Shown here: positions 32,091 through 42,084 of the stretch, piece after piece
How positions within the stretch are numbered: position 1 is the stretch's first letter
Layout: each line of letters begins with the position of its first letter
The notes under the pieces: generated by a model
Seen by the model: only the letters and a program-made list of their open reading frames with translations
Database searches by the model: none
Told to the model about the DNA's origin: nothing
Made by a program: the position numbers and the translations under genes
Origin: Halorussus marinus
Lineage (GTDB): Archaea; Halobacteriota; Halobacteria; Halobacteriales; Haladaptataceae
NCBI RefSeq assembly: GCF_004765795.1
Contig: NZ_SBIV01000001.1
Span: 558,001 to 622,000, forward strand
DNA length: 64,000 nucleotides
Direction of reading: 5' to 3'

Positions 32091-34106
32091 CTACCGCTGG
32101 ACGCCCAACTGGTCGTAGAGGAACGTCCAGCGGTCGAGGTTCTCGCGGACGACCATCGAGGTTGGCTTGCCGGCGCCGTGGCCGGTCTCGGTCTCGGTCC
32201 GGAGCAGGATCGGGTCGTCGCCGGTGGTCGCGTGTTGCATCCGGGCGGTCATCTTCCGGGCGTGGCCCGGGTGGACCCGGCTGTCGCCCTCGGCGGTCTT
32301 GAACAGCACCGACGGGTAGGCTCGCTCCTCGACGTTGTGGTACGGCGAGTACTCCCGGAGGTACGCGAACGCCTCCGGATCGTCGGGATCGCCGTACTCG
32401 GTGGTCCACGACGCGCCGAGCAGGAACTCGTGGAACCGGAGCATGTCGAGCAACGGGACCGCACACACCGCCGCGCCGAACAGGTCGGGACGCTGGGTGA
32501 TCGCCGCGCCGACGAGGAGTCCGCCGTTCGAACCGCCCATCGCGGCGAGCCGGTCCGGGCTGGTGTAGTCGGCCTCGATCAGCCCCTCCGCGACGGCGTG
32601 GAAGTCGTCGAAGACGTTCTGCTTGTTCTCGTACATCCCCGCGCGGTGCCAGTCCTCGCCGTACTCGGCGCCGCCGCGGAGGTTCGCCTGAACGTAGACG
32701 CCGCCGTCCTCGAAGAACGGGGTCCGGAACCGGTCGTAGCTCGGCGTGAGCGAGACCCGGAAGCCGCCGTAGCCGTAGAGGACGGTCGGGTTGTCGCCGT
32801 CGCGGTCGAGCCCCTCGCGGTGGACTACGAACGCCGGGATCTCGGTCCCGTCGGCCGACTCGAAGAACCGCTGGTCGACCGCGAGGTCGATTTCCTCGTC
32901 GGTCGTCTCGCGCTCGCTGACCACCTCGGTCTCGCCGGTCTCGGCGTCGAGCCGCGAGACTCGCGGCGCGCGGTCGAACCACTGGGCGCGGAAGAACGCT
33001 TCGGGGGCGTCGGGTCGGCCCCGGAGCGCGCCCCGGCCGATTGCGGCGTACCCCGGCAGGTCGACCTCCCGGCGACCGCCGCCGTCGAGGTCGTACACCG
33101 ACAGCGACGAGTGGGCGTCGCGCTGGTCGTGGACGACGAGCGAGTCGCCGGCCAGCACCGCGTCGGTCAGGATGGCCTCCCGTTCGGGCACCACTTCCCG
33201 GAGGTCGTCGGGGTCGACCTCGACGGCGTCGACGTCACACGCGAGGATCCGGGCGTTCGGCGCCTCGTAGTCGGTCCGGAGATAGACCACGCCGTCCCGG
33301 ACCAGCGGTCGGAACGAGGCGTCGGCGTCCGCGACGACGTCGACGAGTTCGCCGTCGGTCGGCGACCCCTCCCAGCGGTGGACGGTCGAGGTCGTCCACC
33401 CCTGGTGGAAGGCGACGACGAGCCGCCCGTCCTCGGTCTCCAGTTGGGGCCAGACGTGCTCGCCGACCTCGTCGGTCAACACCGGGTCGTCGGCGTCGGT
33501 GCCGAGTTCGTGGTATCGTAGCTCCTTGTCGAGTTGCTCGCCGTCGGCGGCCGACCCGGTCGCGACGTAGTAAAAGCCCTCGTCGGTCCACGCCAGCCCG
33601 TCGGGGCCGGTCCGACCCCGGTCGGGGAGCACGTCGCGGACCTCGCCCGACGAGACGTCGAGGACCGTCACGTCGTACTGCTCGTCGCCGCCCTCCGCGA
33701 CGCCGTACGCGACCAGCGACCCGTCCGGCGAGGGGGCGAACCAGTCGAGCGACTCCTCGTCGGCCCACTCGTTGGGGTCGGCGAGCACGTCGGGCTCGGC
33801 GTCGAGACGCGGCCGAAAGAGGAGTCTGGCGCGGTCCTCGTCGGGCGCTTCGACCCGCTGGAAGTACCCCCGCTCGCGGGCGACCACCACGCCGTAGTCG
33901 GCGACCTCGGCGCGGGCCTCCATCCGGGGCGCGAGGTCTTCGCGGGCGTCGCCGTCGAGGTGGCGGTCGGTGTGGTCGTTCTGCCGATCGACCCACTCGT
34001 GTACCGCCTCGTCGTCGCCCTCCAGCCATCGGTACGGATCGCGGACCTCCTCGCCGTGGACGGTCTCGACGACGTCCCGGCGCTCGGTTTCGGGTGGGGT
34101 TGTCAC
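32091..34106 (-). CDS. Prolyl oligopeptidase (S9A)
   Basis: DPYRWLE, YGYGGF, GGSNGG, DSRV, GHG; GTG start chosen from TTTAT ~26 nt upstream. Confidence 0.93.
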   Translation of the reverse strand: MTTPPETERRDVVETVHGEEVRDPYRWLEGDDEAVHEWVDRQNDHTDRHLDGDAREDLAPRMEARAEVADYGVVVARERGYFQRVEAPDEDRARLLFRPRLDAEPDVLADPNEWADEESLDWFAPSPDGSLVAYGVAEGGDEQYDVTVLDVSSGEVRDVLPDRGRTGPDGLAWTDEGFYYVATGSAADGEQLDKELRYHELGTDADDPVLTDEVGEHVWPQLETEDGRLVVAFHQGWTTSTVHRWEGSPTDGELVDVVADADASFRPLVRDGVVYLRTDYEAPNARILACDVDAVEVDPDDLREVVPEREAILTDAVLAGDSLVVHDQRDAHSSLSVYDLDGGGRREVDLPGYAAIGRGALRGRPDAPEAFFRAQWFDRAPRVSRLDAETGETEVVSERETTDEEIDLAVDQRFFESADGTEIPAFVVHREGLDRDGDNPTVLYGYGGFRVSLTPSYDRFRTPFFEDGGVYVQANLRGGAEYGEDWHRAGMYENKQNVFDDFHAVAEGLIEADYTSPDRLAAMGGSNGGLLVGAAITQRPDLFGAAVCAVPLLDMLRFHEFLLGASWTTEYGDPDDPEAFAYLREYSPYHNVEERAYPSVLFKTAEGDSRVHPGHARKMTARMQHATTGDDPILLRTETETGHGAGKPTSMVVRENLDRWTFLYDQLGVQR

Positions 34107-34197
34107 ACGCGGACCGTACCGCGTGGCGACCATAAATCGGTCGAATCGGCCGACGCGGTCCGCAAACGTGTTAATCCCCGGCCCGAAACCCACGCGC

Positions 34198-35187
34198 ATG
34201 GTCGTTTCGAGTGCTCCGGGCAAAGTGTATCTGTTCGGAGAACACGCGGTCGTCTACGGCGAGCCCGCGGTGCCCTGCGCCATCGAGCGCCGCGCGCAGG
34301 TCACCGCCGAGGAGCGCGACGACGATCGCATCCGGGTCCGGGCGGAGGATCTGAGCCTCGACGGGTTCACCGTGGAGTACGGCTCGGCGAGCGACGCCGC
34401 CCCGGACGTAGACGTCGCGGAATCGCTGGTCGAGGCCGGGATGGGCTACGTCGACGCCGCGGTCGAGCAGGCACGCGACGCGGCCGACGCGCCGGAGGCC
34501 GGCTTCGACATCACCGTCGAGAGCGAGATCCCGCTCGGCGGGGGGCTGGGCTCGTCGGCCGCGGTCGCGGTCGCGGGCATCGACGCCGGCGCCCGCGAAC
34601 TGGGCGTCGAGCTCTCGACCGAGGAGATCGCCGAGCGCGCCTATCGCGCCGAACTCGCCGTCCAGGACGGCGAGGCCTCGCGGGCCGACACCTTCTGCTC
34701 GGCGACCGGCGGCGCGGTCCGGGTGGAGGGCGACGACTGCCGGGCCATCGAGGCGCCGGCGCTCCCGCTGGTGATCGGGTTCGACGGCGGCGCGGGCGAC
34801 ACCGGCGAGCTCGTGGCGGGCGTACGGGCGCTCCGCGAGGAGTACGACTTCGCGGCCGACACCGTCTCGGGCATCGGCGATCTGGTCCGTCGGGGCGAGC
34901 GGGCGCTGGCCGACGGCGACCTCGAGGAGCTCGGCCGGCTCATGGACTTCAACCACGGCCTGCTCGAAGCGCTCGGAGTCTCCTCGCGGTCGCTCGACAA
35001 CATGGTGTGGGCCGCCCGCGACGCCGACGCCCTCGGCGCGAAGCTCACCGGCGCGGGCGGGGGCGGCTGTATCGTGGCGCTCGATCCGAGCGACGGCACC
35101 GAGACCGCGCTCAAGTTCACGCCCGGGTGCGAGGACGCCTTTCGGGCCGAACTCGACACCGAGGGCGTGCGCGTGGAGGACCGATGA
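34198..35187 (+). CDS. mvk: Mevalonate kinase
   Basis: APGKVYLFGEHAVVYG, PLGGGLGSSAA, GAKLTGAGGGGC. Confidence 0.95.
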   Translation: MVVSSAPGKVYLFGEHAVVYGEPAVPCAIERRAQVTAEERDDDRIRVRAEDLSLDGFTVEYGSASDAAPDVDVAESLVEAGMGYVDAAVEQARDAADAPEAGFDITVESEIPLGGGLGSSAAVAVAGIDAGARELGVELSTEEIAERAYRAELAVQDGEASRADTFCSATGGAVRVEGDDCRAIEAPALPLVIGFDGGAGDTGELVAGVRALREEYDFAADTVSGIGDLVRRGERALADGDLEELGRLMDFNHGLLEALGVSSRSLDNMVWAARDADALGAKLTGAGGGGCIVALDPSDGTETALKFTPGCEDAFRAELDTEGVRVEDR

Positions 35188-35933
35188 CGACGGTCCTCAA
35201 GCTCGGCGGGAGCGTCATCACCGACAAGGACCGCCCGGAGGCCCTCGACGGCCCTGCGCTCGACGCGGCGGCCGACGCGGTCGCCGACGCGCTGGCCGCG
35301 GGCGACGTCGCCGACCTCGTGGTAGTCCACGGCGGCGGGAGCTTCGGCCACCACCACGCCAGCGAACACGGCGTCTCGAAGACCGACGGGTCGGCCGACG
35401 CGACCGCCGCGGTCGAGATCCACGCCGCCATGAAGACGCTCAACGAGTTCGTCCTCTCGCGACTCCACGACCGGGGCGTGCCCGCGGTGCCGGTCCACCC
35501 CTTCTCGGCGGCGAGCCGCGACGAGACGGCGGCGCTCGACCTCCCGACCCGACAGGTCGAGACCATGCTCGGTGAGGGGTTCGTGCCGGTGCTCCACGGC
35601 GACGTGGTCGCCCACGCGGGCGAGGGCGTGACGATCCTGAGCGGCGACGAGGCTGTCGGCGCCGTCGCCGAGGGCGTCGGCGCCGACCGGGTGGGCTTTT
35701 GCTCGACGGTGCCGGGCGTGCTCGACGACGCCGGGGACGTCGTCCCGGAGATCCGGTCGTACGAGGCGGTGGCGTCGTCGCTGGGCGGGAGCGACGCCAC
35801 GGACGTGACCGGCGGGATGGCCGGGAAGGTCCGGGCGTTGTTGGAACTGGACGCGCCGGCCGCGATCTTCGGCACCGAGGCCCTCGAGGCGTTCCTCGCC
35901 GGCGAGGACCCCGGGACGCTCGTCCGGGGCTGA
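35184..35933 (+). CDS. ipk: Isopentenyl phosphate kinase
   Basis: LKLGGSVITDK, HGGGSFGH, PVLHGD, SGD, DVTGGMAGK; ATGA overlap with mvk. Confidence 0.93.
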   Translation: MTTVLKLGGSVITDKDRPEALDGPALDAAADAVADALAAGDVADLVVVHGGGSFGHHHASEHGVSKTDGSADATAAVEIHAAMKTLNEFVLSRLHDRGVPAVPVHPFSAASRDETAALDLPTRQVETMLGEGFVPVLHGDVVAHAGEGVTILSGDEAVGAVAEGVGADRVGFCSTVPGVLDDAGDVVPEIRSYEAVASSLGGSDATDVTGGMAGKVRALLELDAPAAIFGTEALEAFLAGEDPGTLVRG

Positions 35934-36015
35934 CCCTGCTCTCGGAACCGCGGGCGGGGGCGTCCAGCGTGCCGGAACCGGGAGGAATAATTGTCCGGCG
36001 ACACTTCGACACGGC

Positions 36016-36939
36016 GTGAACCACCGCTTTGCCACCGCCGGTCTCTTCGTCCTCCTCGCGACCCTGTGGGGGTTCTCGTTTCTGGCGATCTCGGTCGGGT
36101 TAGAGACGCTTGAGCCGATCCTGTTCGCGGCGTTCCGGTACGACATCGCCGCCGTGTTGTTGCTCGGGTACGCCGTCTTCGGCGGCGCGACGTGGCGGCC
36201 CACCGACCGAGCGAACCTCGGCGCGGTCCTCGCCGGCGGCGTGTTTCTGGTCGGCGCGAACGCGTTCCTGTTCGTCGGCCAGCAGACGGTCCCCAGCGGG
36301 GTCGCCGCCATCATGCAGAGTCTCGTCCCGATCGTGACGTCGCTGTGGGCGCTGGGCCTCCTCCCCGAAGAGCGAGTTTCGGCGAGGGGCGCGGTCGGCA
36401 TCCTGCTCGGGTTCGCCGGCGTCGCGCTCATCGTGCGCCCGGACCCCGCGAACCTGACCGGCGGGCTCGTCGGTCGGCTCTTCATCCTCCTCCAGGTCGC
36501 GGGCGTGGCGCTCGGCGGCGTGCTCGTTCAGCGCGCCAGCCCGACGCTCGACAACGCCGCCCTGTCGGGGTGGTCGATGTTCGTCGGGGGCGTCTTGCTC
36601 CACGCGGTCAGCGCCGGCGTGGGCGAACCGTTCGCGCTCCCGTCGACCCCGGCGGCGGGCGCCGCGGTCGGGTACCTCGGCGTGTTCGCGACCGCGATCG
36701 CCTTCCTCATCTACTTCACGCTGCTTGAGGTCCGGGGCGCGCTCGAAACCTCGCTGGTCTCGTATCTCGTTCCGGTCGTGGCGACCATCGCGGGCGTCGT
36801 CGTGCTCGGCGAGTCGATCACGCCGCTGACGATCGTCGGGTTCGGCGTCGTGTTCGCCGGGTTCGTCGTGCTCAAGCGCCGGGCCATCGCCGACCTCGTC
36901 GACGGCGCGCGACGGGCCGGCGGGACCGCCGGCGATTGA
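36016..36939 (+). CDS. DMT/EamA family transporter
   Basis: LWGFSF, FAAFRY, about ten TM segments, YLVPVVA..GVVVLGE. Confidence 0.9.
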   Translation: MNHRFATAGLFVLLATLWGFSFLAISVGLETLEPILFAAFRYDIAAVLLLGYAVFGGATWRPTDRANLGAVLAGGVFLVGANAFLFVGQQTVPSGVAAIMQSLVPIVTSLWALGLLPEERVSARGAVGILLGFAGVALIVRPDPANLTGGLVGRLFILLQVAGVALGGVLVQRASPTLDNAALSGWSMFVGGVLLHAVSAGVGEPFALPSTPAAGAAVGYLGVFATAIAFLIYFTLLEVRGALETSLVSYLVPVVATIAGVVVLGESITPLTIVGFGVVFAGFVVLKRRAIADLVDGARRAGGTAGD

Positions 36940-37018
36940 CCCGCGGGCCGTCAGAGATCGGCCCCGTATCTCGCCGGTATCAGCCGCCTTTTGGACGATC
37001 CGGCCGAGTGATCCGGTA

Positions 37019-38380
37019 ATGGCCGCCGACTACATCCATCTGAACCTGTTCACGATGAACTCCGTCGAGCACGTCACGACGGGCAACTGGCGGACTCCGG
37101 GCGATCAGTCCCACCGTTACACCGACCTCGACTACTGGCTCGACGTGGCCCGAACCGCCGAACGGGGCGGCTTCGACGGCGTCTTCTTCGCGGACGTCCG
37201 CGGCATCTACGACGTGTACGGCGGCGATCGGGAGACCGCCGTCGAGAACGCGATCCAGACGCCCTCGAACGACCCCGCGTATCTGGTGCCCGCGATGGCG
37301 TCTGTGACCGACCACCTCGGGTTCGCGGTCACGAAGTCGACCTCGTACAACCACCCCTACCAGCTCGCCCGCGAGCTGTCGACGCTCGACCACGTCACCG
37401 ACGGTCGGGTGGCGTTCAACATCGTCACCTCGTATCTGGAGAGCGCCGCGGCCAACCTCGGGGTCGACGACCGGATGGACCACGACGAACGCTACGACCG
37501 GGCCGACGAGTTCATGGACGTCTGTTACGCCCTCTGGGAAGACAGCTGGGACGACGACGCCGTGGTCCGGGATCGCGAGACCGGGGTGTACACGGCCCCC
37601 GACGGGGTCGAGGCCATCGACTTCGAGGGCGAGTACTTCGACGTTCCCGGCCCCCACGGCTGTGAGCCATCCCCTCAGCGCACGCCCGTGCTGTATCAGG
37701 CCGGCTCCTCGGAGCGGGGCCGGGCGTTCGCCGCCGACAACGCCGAGGCGGTCTTCGTGAGCCAGCCCACCGAACGGGGCGTCCGAGACTACATCGAGGA
37801 CATGCGCGAGCGGGCGGCCGAGCGCGGCCGGGACCCCGACGACCTCCGGTTTTTCCCGGGCATCGTCCCCGTGGTCGGCGAGACCGAGGAGATCGCACGC
37901 AAGAAGTACGAGACCTACGCCGAGAACGTCGACACCGAAGCGACGCTCGCGCTGTTGGCGGGGTTCATCGACCTCGACTTCTCGGAGCTCGACCCCGACC
38001 AGCAGGTCGAGCACATCGAGACCGAGGCGATCCAGGGCGCGATCAACGCCTTCACCAAGAACGATCCCGACCGCGACTGGACGGTCGGCGAGGTCGCGGA
38101 GTTCGCGGGGCTCGGGACCACCTCGCCGGTCGTGGTCGGCGACCCCGAACAGGTCGCCGACCGGCTCGAGTACTGGCACGAGGAGGTGGGGGTCGACGGC
38201 TTCAACCTCAAGGAGATCGTCCGACCGGGGACCTTAGAGGACTTCGTCGACATGGTGGTGCCCGAGCTTCGGGACCGCGGACTCGTCCGCGAGGCCTACG
38301 AGGGCCAGACCCTGCGCGAGAACCTCTTCGAGGAGGCGGGCCGGACGGCGCTGGCCGAGGACCACCCGGCACGGCGGTGA
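37019..38380 (+). CDS. Luciferase-like FMNH2-dependent monooxygenase, NtaA/SnaA/DszA family
   Basis: AERGGFDGVFFAD, HPYQLAR..STLDH, GRVAFNIVTS, PQRTPVLYQAGSS. Confidence 0.9.
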   Translation: MAADYIHLNLFTMNSVEHVTTGNWRTPGDQSHRYTDLDYWLDVARTAERGGFDGVFFADVRGIYDVYGGDRETAVENAIQTPSNDPAYLVPAMASVTDHLGFAVTKSTSYNHPYQLARELSTLDHVTDGRVAFNIVTSYLESAAANLGVDDRMDHDERYDRADEFMDVCYALWEDSWDDDAVVRDRETGVYTAPDGVEAIDFEGEYFDVPGPHGCEPSPQRTPVLYQAGSSERGRAFAADNAEAVFVSQPTERGVRDYIEDMRERAAERGRDPDDLRFFPGIVPVVGETEEIARKKYETYAENVDTEATLALLAGFIDLDFSELDPDQQVEHIETEAIQGAINAFTKNDPDRDWTVGEVAEFAGLGTTSPVVVGDPEQVADRLEYWHEEVGVDGFNLKEIVRPGTLEDFVDMVVPELRDRGLVREAYEGQTLRENLFEEAGRTALAEDHPARR

Positions 38381-38443
38381 GACCGGCGACCCGTCGGGCG
38401 ATCCGCCACCTCGCTTAAGTCTCTGAGGCGGGTAGATCCGAGC

Positions 38444-39162
38444 GTGAGGACGCGTTCGGTCGCGGTCGTGCTCGCGGTGGCGCTGATCTCGGTCGTCGGG
38501 GCCGCGTCGGGCGTCGGCGCCGACGGGACCGACCGCCCCGAGTGTACGTACGACGAGTCGGCGCTGAAGGCCTACCAGCCGACGACCGCGATCGGACACC
38601 TCGACGTCGAGCCGACCGCGAGCTACGGCGGCGTCTACTCCTCGCCCGACCGCGAGACGAGGCGTACGTCTACTTCCTGTGGTACCCCAGACAGAGGGGG
38701 ACGCTGACCGTCGACAGCCACGCCGAGGACCGCGAACCCGTCTACGTGCTGGTCGACGACGACACCGGGGAGGTACGGCGGATCATCTACTCGGCGTACC
38801 ACTACATCAAGGGCACCGAGACGCCGTCGGACCTGCCGATGAACGGCTCGCACGTCCGGCTTCGGGTCGTCGAACCCTGGCACCAGTACGCGCCCGCCGA
38901 CGAGCCCGGGACCCGGGTCCGGTTGCGGAACTACTGCGAGGCGGTCGAGGACTGGCACGCCGACGGCTGGCGGGCGTCGAGGGCGGCCACCGAGAACCCG
39001 TGGACGATGACCGACCGGGACAGCTGGTGGCGACGCGGCTCGCTCGACTACTCGCTGTCCGAGCGCTACTGGGAGTCGCGGCGGGCGTTCGAGGACGCGG
39101 TCCCGCCGATCAACGTCAGCGTCCCGTCGCTGACGGGGCGACCCGAGCCCACACCCCCGTGA
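38444..39162 (+). pseudogene. Secreted protein split by an apparent 1-nt frameshift near 38659
   Basis: Frame 1 has a signal peptide and reads well to ...YSSPDRET; frame 2 continues EAYVYFLWY...; adding one base gives 239 aa. Confidence 0.7.
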
Positions 39163-39201
39163 GACGGCGTCCGACGCCGCGGTCGGAACGTCCCGGTCGA
39201 C

Positions 39202-39588
39202 TCAGTACCGATAGAGGGTCGTCACGTACGGCAGGCGGTTGTACAGCCAGACGGCGACCGGGAGCCCGACCACGGTCAGCGAGACCACGTACGCCAGCCC
39301 CATCCAGGCGAGGCTGGCCCACCATCCGACCAGCAGGAAGTAGACGGCCCGAACAGCCAGATTCGGCTGTTCGCGCGCTCCCGAGCCCGCGACCAGCGAC
39401 CCCGACCGCTCTTTGAGCGTCAGCACTTTCGGGACGGCGTTTATCATCTTGATGCCGACCGGGAGCCCGACGATCGTCACCGTGAGCACCCACGCGGCCG
39501 TGAGCCACAGCCCGGTGGCCCACCAGCCGACGAATAGGTACCAGAGCGCCCGGACCACCAGCGAGTGCTGTTTCCGTCGAGTCGACAT
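39202..39588 (-). CDS. YccF-like membrane protein with two repeats
   Basis: Two copies of VRA.[WY]...VGWW...W...A.V..[VL]T.VGLPV. Confidence 0.8.
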   Translation of the reverse strand: MSTRRKQHSLVVRALWYLFVGWWATGLWLTAAWVLTVTIVGLPVGIKMINAVPKVLTLKERSGSLVAGSGAREQPNLAVRAVYFLLVGWWASLAWMGLAYVVSLTVVGLPVAVWLYNRLPYVTTLYRY

Positions 39589-39691
39589 GCGTCCTCGGGG
39601 AACTATCGCTTCGGGACATATGCCTTCCGGTGGCACGACCGCCGGGTTCGGGAACCGAGCGCTTTTGACCCGGCGCTCCGACACCACGCAC

Positions 39692-40465
39692 ATGACCGAC
39701 TCCCTCGAGATCCTGCTGACCAACGACGACGGGATCGACAGCCCCGGCATCCGCGCCCTCTACGACGAACTCGCGGCGGTCGGGAACGTCACCACCGTCG
39801 CGCCCGCCGACGACCAGAGCGCGGTCGGCCGGGCGATGTCCTACGAGGTGGCCGTCGAGGACCACGAACTCGGCCACGCGGTCCACGGCACGCCCTCGGA
39901 CTGCGTCGTGGCCGGCCTCGCCGAGATCGGGCCGTACCCCGACGTGGTGGTCTCGGGCTGTAACAAGGGCGCGAACCTCGGAGCCCACATCCTCGGCCGG
40001 TCGGGCACCGTCAGCGCCGCGGTCGAAGCCGCGTTCTTCGGCGTGCCCGCGATCGCCGCCTCGCTCCACGTCCCCAACGACGAGTGGCCCCGCGAGACCG
40101 CGGTCGACGAGTACGCCGAGGTGGCCGAGTCGGTGCGGTATCTCGTCGAGGAAGCTCCCGACGCGGGCGTGTTCGAGCACGCCGAGTACCTCAACGTCAA
40201 CGCGCCCCTCCCGACCGAGGAGCACACGCCGATGGTGGTGACCCGGCCCTCCCACGTCTACGACATGGACGCGACCCGAGACGGCGACGGCGTGGTCTCG
40301 CTCCACGACAACACCTGGTCGCAGATGGAGTCGGACACGCTCCCGGACCCCGAGGGGACCGACCGGCGAGCGGTCTACGAGGGCAAGATCAGCGTCTCGC
40401 CGCTGACCGCGCCCCACACCACCGAGCGCCACGAGGCGCTCGACGACCTCGCCGAACGCTACTGA
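39692..40465 (+). CDS. surE: 5'/3'-nucleotidase SurE
   Basis: ILLTNDDGI, QSAVG, GTPSDCV, VSGCNKGANLG, SGTVSAA. Confidence 0.95.
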   Translation: MTDSLEILLTNDDGIDSPGIRALYDELAAVGNVTTVAPADDQSAVGRAMSYEVAVEDHELGHAVHGTPSDCVVAGLAEIGPYPDVVVSGCNKGANLGAHILGRSGTVSAAVEAAFFGVPAIAASLHVPNDEWPRETAVDEYAEVAESVRYLVEEAPDAGVFEHAEYLNVNAPLPTEEHTPMVVTRPSHVYDMDATRDGDGVVSLHDNTWSQMESDTLPDPEGTDRRAVYEGKISVSPLTAPHTTERHEALDDLAERY

Positions 40466-40528
40466 TCACGCGAGGAGCGGTCGACCGAGAGAACAAACAT
40501 ATAGGTGCCCGAGCGCGTCTGCAGAACC

Positions 40529-41209
40529 ATGTCGCGAACGCTCCGCGAACTGCTCGACGGGAACGCGGCCCACGCCGCCGACTTCGAGACCAGATTCGAC
40601 GCGGTTCAGGACGCCCAGCACCCCGAGGCGGTCACGGTCTGTTGTTCCGATTCGCGAGTCCTCCAGGACCACGTCTGGGGCAACGACGAGCCCGGCCGGC
40701 TGTTCACCTGCGGTAACATCGGCAACCGGGTCGTCCAGCAGACCGCCGACGGCGAGGTCGTCTCGGGCGACGTCCTCTATCCGATCGAACACACCGGCAC
40801 CGACACCGTCGTCGTGATGGGCCACACCGGATGCGGCGCGGTGACGGCGACGTACGACGCGCTGACCGACGGCGTCTCCGAACCCCCGGGGATCGACCAC
40901 TGCCTCGATCTGCTCGCGCCCCACCTCGAACCCGGCGTCGAGGCGCTCCCGGCGGACCTCGACAGGGCGGCGGCGATCAACCGGCTCGTCGAGTACAACG
41001 TCGACCGGCAGGTGGCGTTCCTCCGCGAGAGCGACGAGGTCCCCGACGGGACCGACGTGTTCGGCGTCGTCTACGACTTTCAGGACGTCTACTCCGGGCG
41101 GCGCGGGGAGGTCCACGTCGTCAACGTCGACGGCGAGCGAGACGTCGAGACGCTTCGGGACGCACACCCCGAGGTGGCAGACCGGATCGAACGCCGCTGG
41201 GAGTACTGA
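40529..41209 (+). CDS. Beta-class carbonic anhydrase
   Basis: CSDSRV, NIGN, GHTGCGAV. Confidence 0.92.
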   Translation: MSRTLRELLDGNAAHAADFETRFDAVQDAQHPEAVTVCCSDSRVLQDHVWGNDEPGRLFTCGNIGNRVVQQTADGEVVSGDVLYPIEHTGTDTVVVMGHTGCGAVTATYDALTDGVSEPPGIDHCLDLLAPHLEPGVEALPADLDRAAAINRLVEYNVDRQVAFLRESDEVPDGTDVFGVVYDFQDVYSGRRGEVHVVNVDGERDVETLRDAHPEVADRIERRWEY

Positions 41210-41293
41210 CTCGGACGACGCGAGAGAAGTCGGGGACGACGGCGACGTGCCTCATCCGAACGTTTTTGAAACACCCTCCCCGAGGACGGTGTA

Positions 41294-41749
41294 ATGCACC
41301 GACCCTCGTCCGATCCTTCGAACGGGGAGTCGTCACTGTTTCATCTCGTTTTCGTCTGGTTGCTCGTCGGGCCCTCGGTTTTCGGTCTCGGATGGGACGT
41401 AGCCGATGCAGTCCCGGTCTCGGGTCCGCTCTCTTCGATGGGAGCCGGCTTGGTCTTCGGAACTGTCGTCGTCGCCGTACTCTGGATCGCGGGGTTCCGC
41501 CCCTCGCTTTCGGCCGGTGGCGGCTACTTCATCGCCGAACTGGCTTCGCACGCTCTACTGACTCTTGGCGGGAGCCTGTTCGTCGTCTCCGAAGGGACGC
41601 TCTCACCGTGGGTCGAAGTTTCGGTTCGGAGCCTCTCGATAACACTCGCGGCCGCGCTCGTCTTCACCAGTTCGGGAAGACGGATTCGTGCCGACATCTG
41701 GAAGCGGGGACGGAACCTCGTCAAGACGCCGCCCGACGTCGACTCGTAG
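41294..41749 (+). CDS. Hypothetical membrane protein
   Basis: 151 aa, about four hydrophobic segments, TTTTGAA upstream, more A/T-ending codons than neighbours. Confidence 0.55.
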   Translation: MHRPSSDPSNGESSLFHLVFVWLLVGPSVFGLGWDVADAVPVSGPLSSMGAGLVFGTVVVAVLWIAGFRPSLSAGGGYFIAELASHALLTLGGSLFVVSEGTLSPWVEVSVRSLSITLAAALVFTSSGRRIRADIWKRGRNLVKTPPDVDS

Positions 41750-41841
41750 ACGGCCGCTCTGACTATCCTGGGTCCCGTTAGCGACGCTTCCGGTGTTCCG
41801 GCTTGAGGCCCGATTATGTAATATGACCGATGAAAGGCGGC

Positions 41842-42041
41842 ATGCGTCTCGTCGACCTCGCGCAACTGGTCGGTGCAGTTCTGCTCGCACTGCTCGTCGT
41901 CCCACCGGTCGTGTACGTCGCGTTTCACCGGATCGTGAACTTCTGACCGGCGCCGCTGGCGTGTGGACGCGAGTGCCGCTGTCCGTCGCCGGCGTGATTT
42001 TCGCCACCGCCCTCTGGGGAGCCCTCCGGGTGGTCGAGTGA
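41842..42041 (+). pseudogene. Possible frameshifted small two-TM protein
   Basis: MRLVDLAQLVGAVLLALLVVPPVVYVAFHRIVNF* (41842-41946); another frame gives LTGAAGVWTRVPLSVAGVIFATALWGALRVVE*. Confidence 0.4.
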
Positions 42042-42084
42042 GACTACGCACGAACAGCACGAGTCGACGGCGCCGCGCTCGGTG

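Noticed and set aside
33534..35183. Apparent N-terminal extension on isopentenyl phosphate kinase (799-aa ORF)
   Set aside because: Overlaps the peptidase and mvk in other frames; ipk starts at 35184
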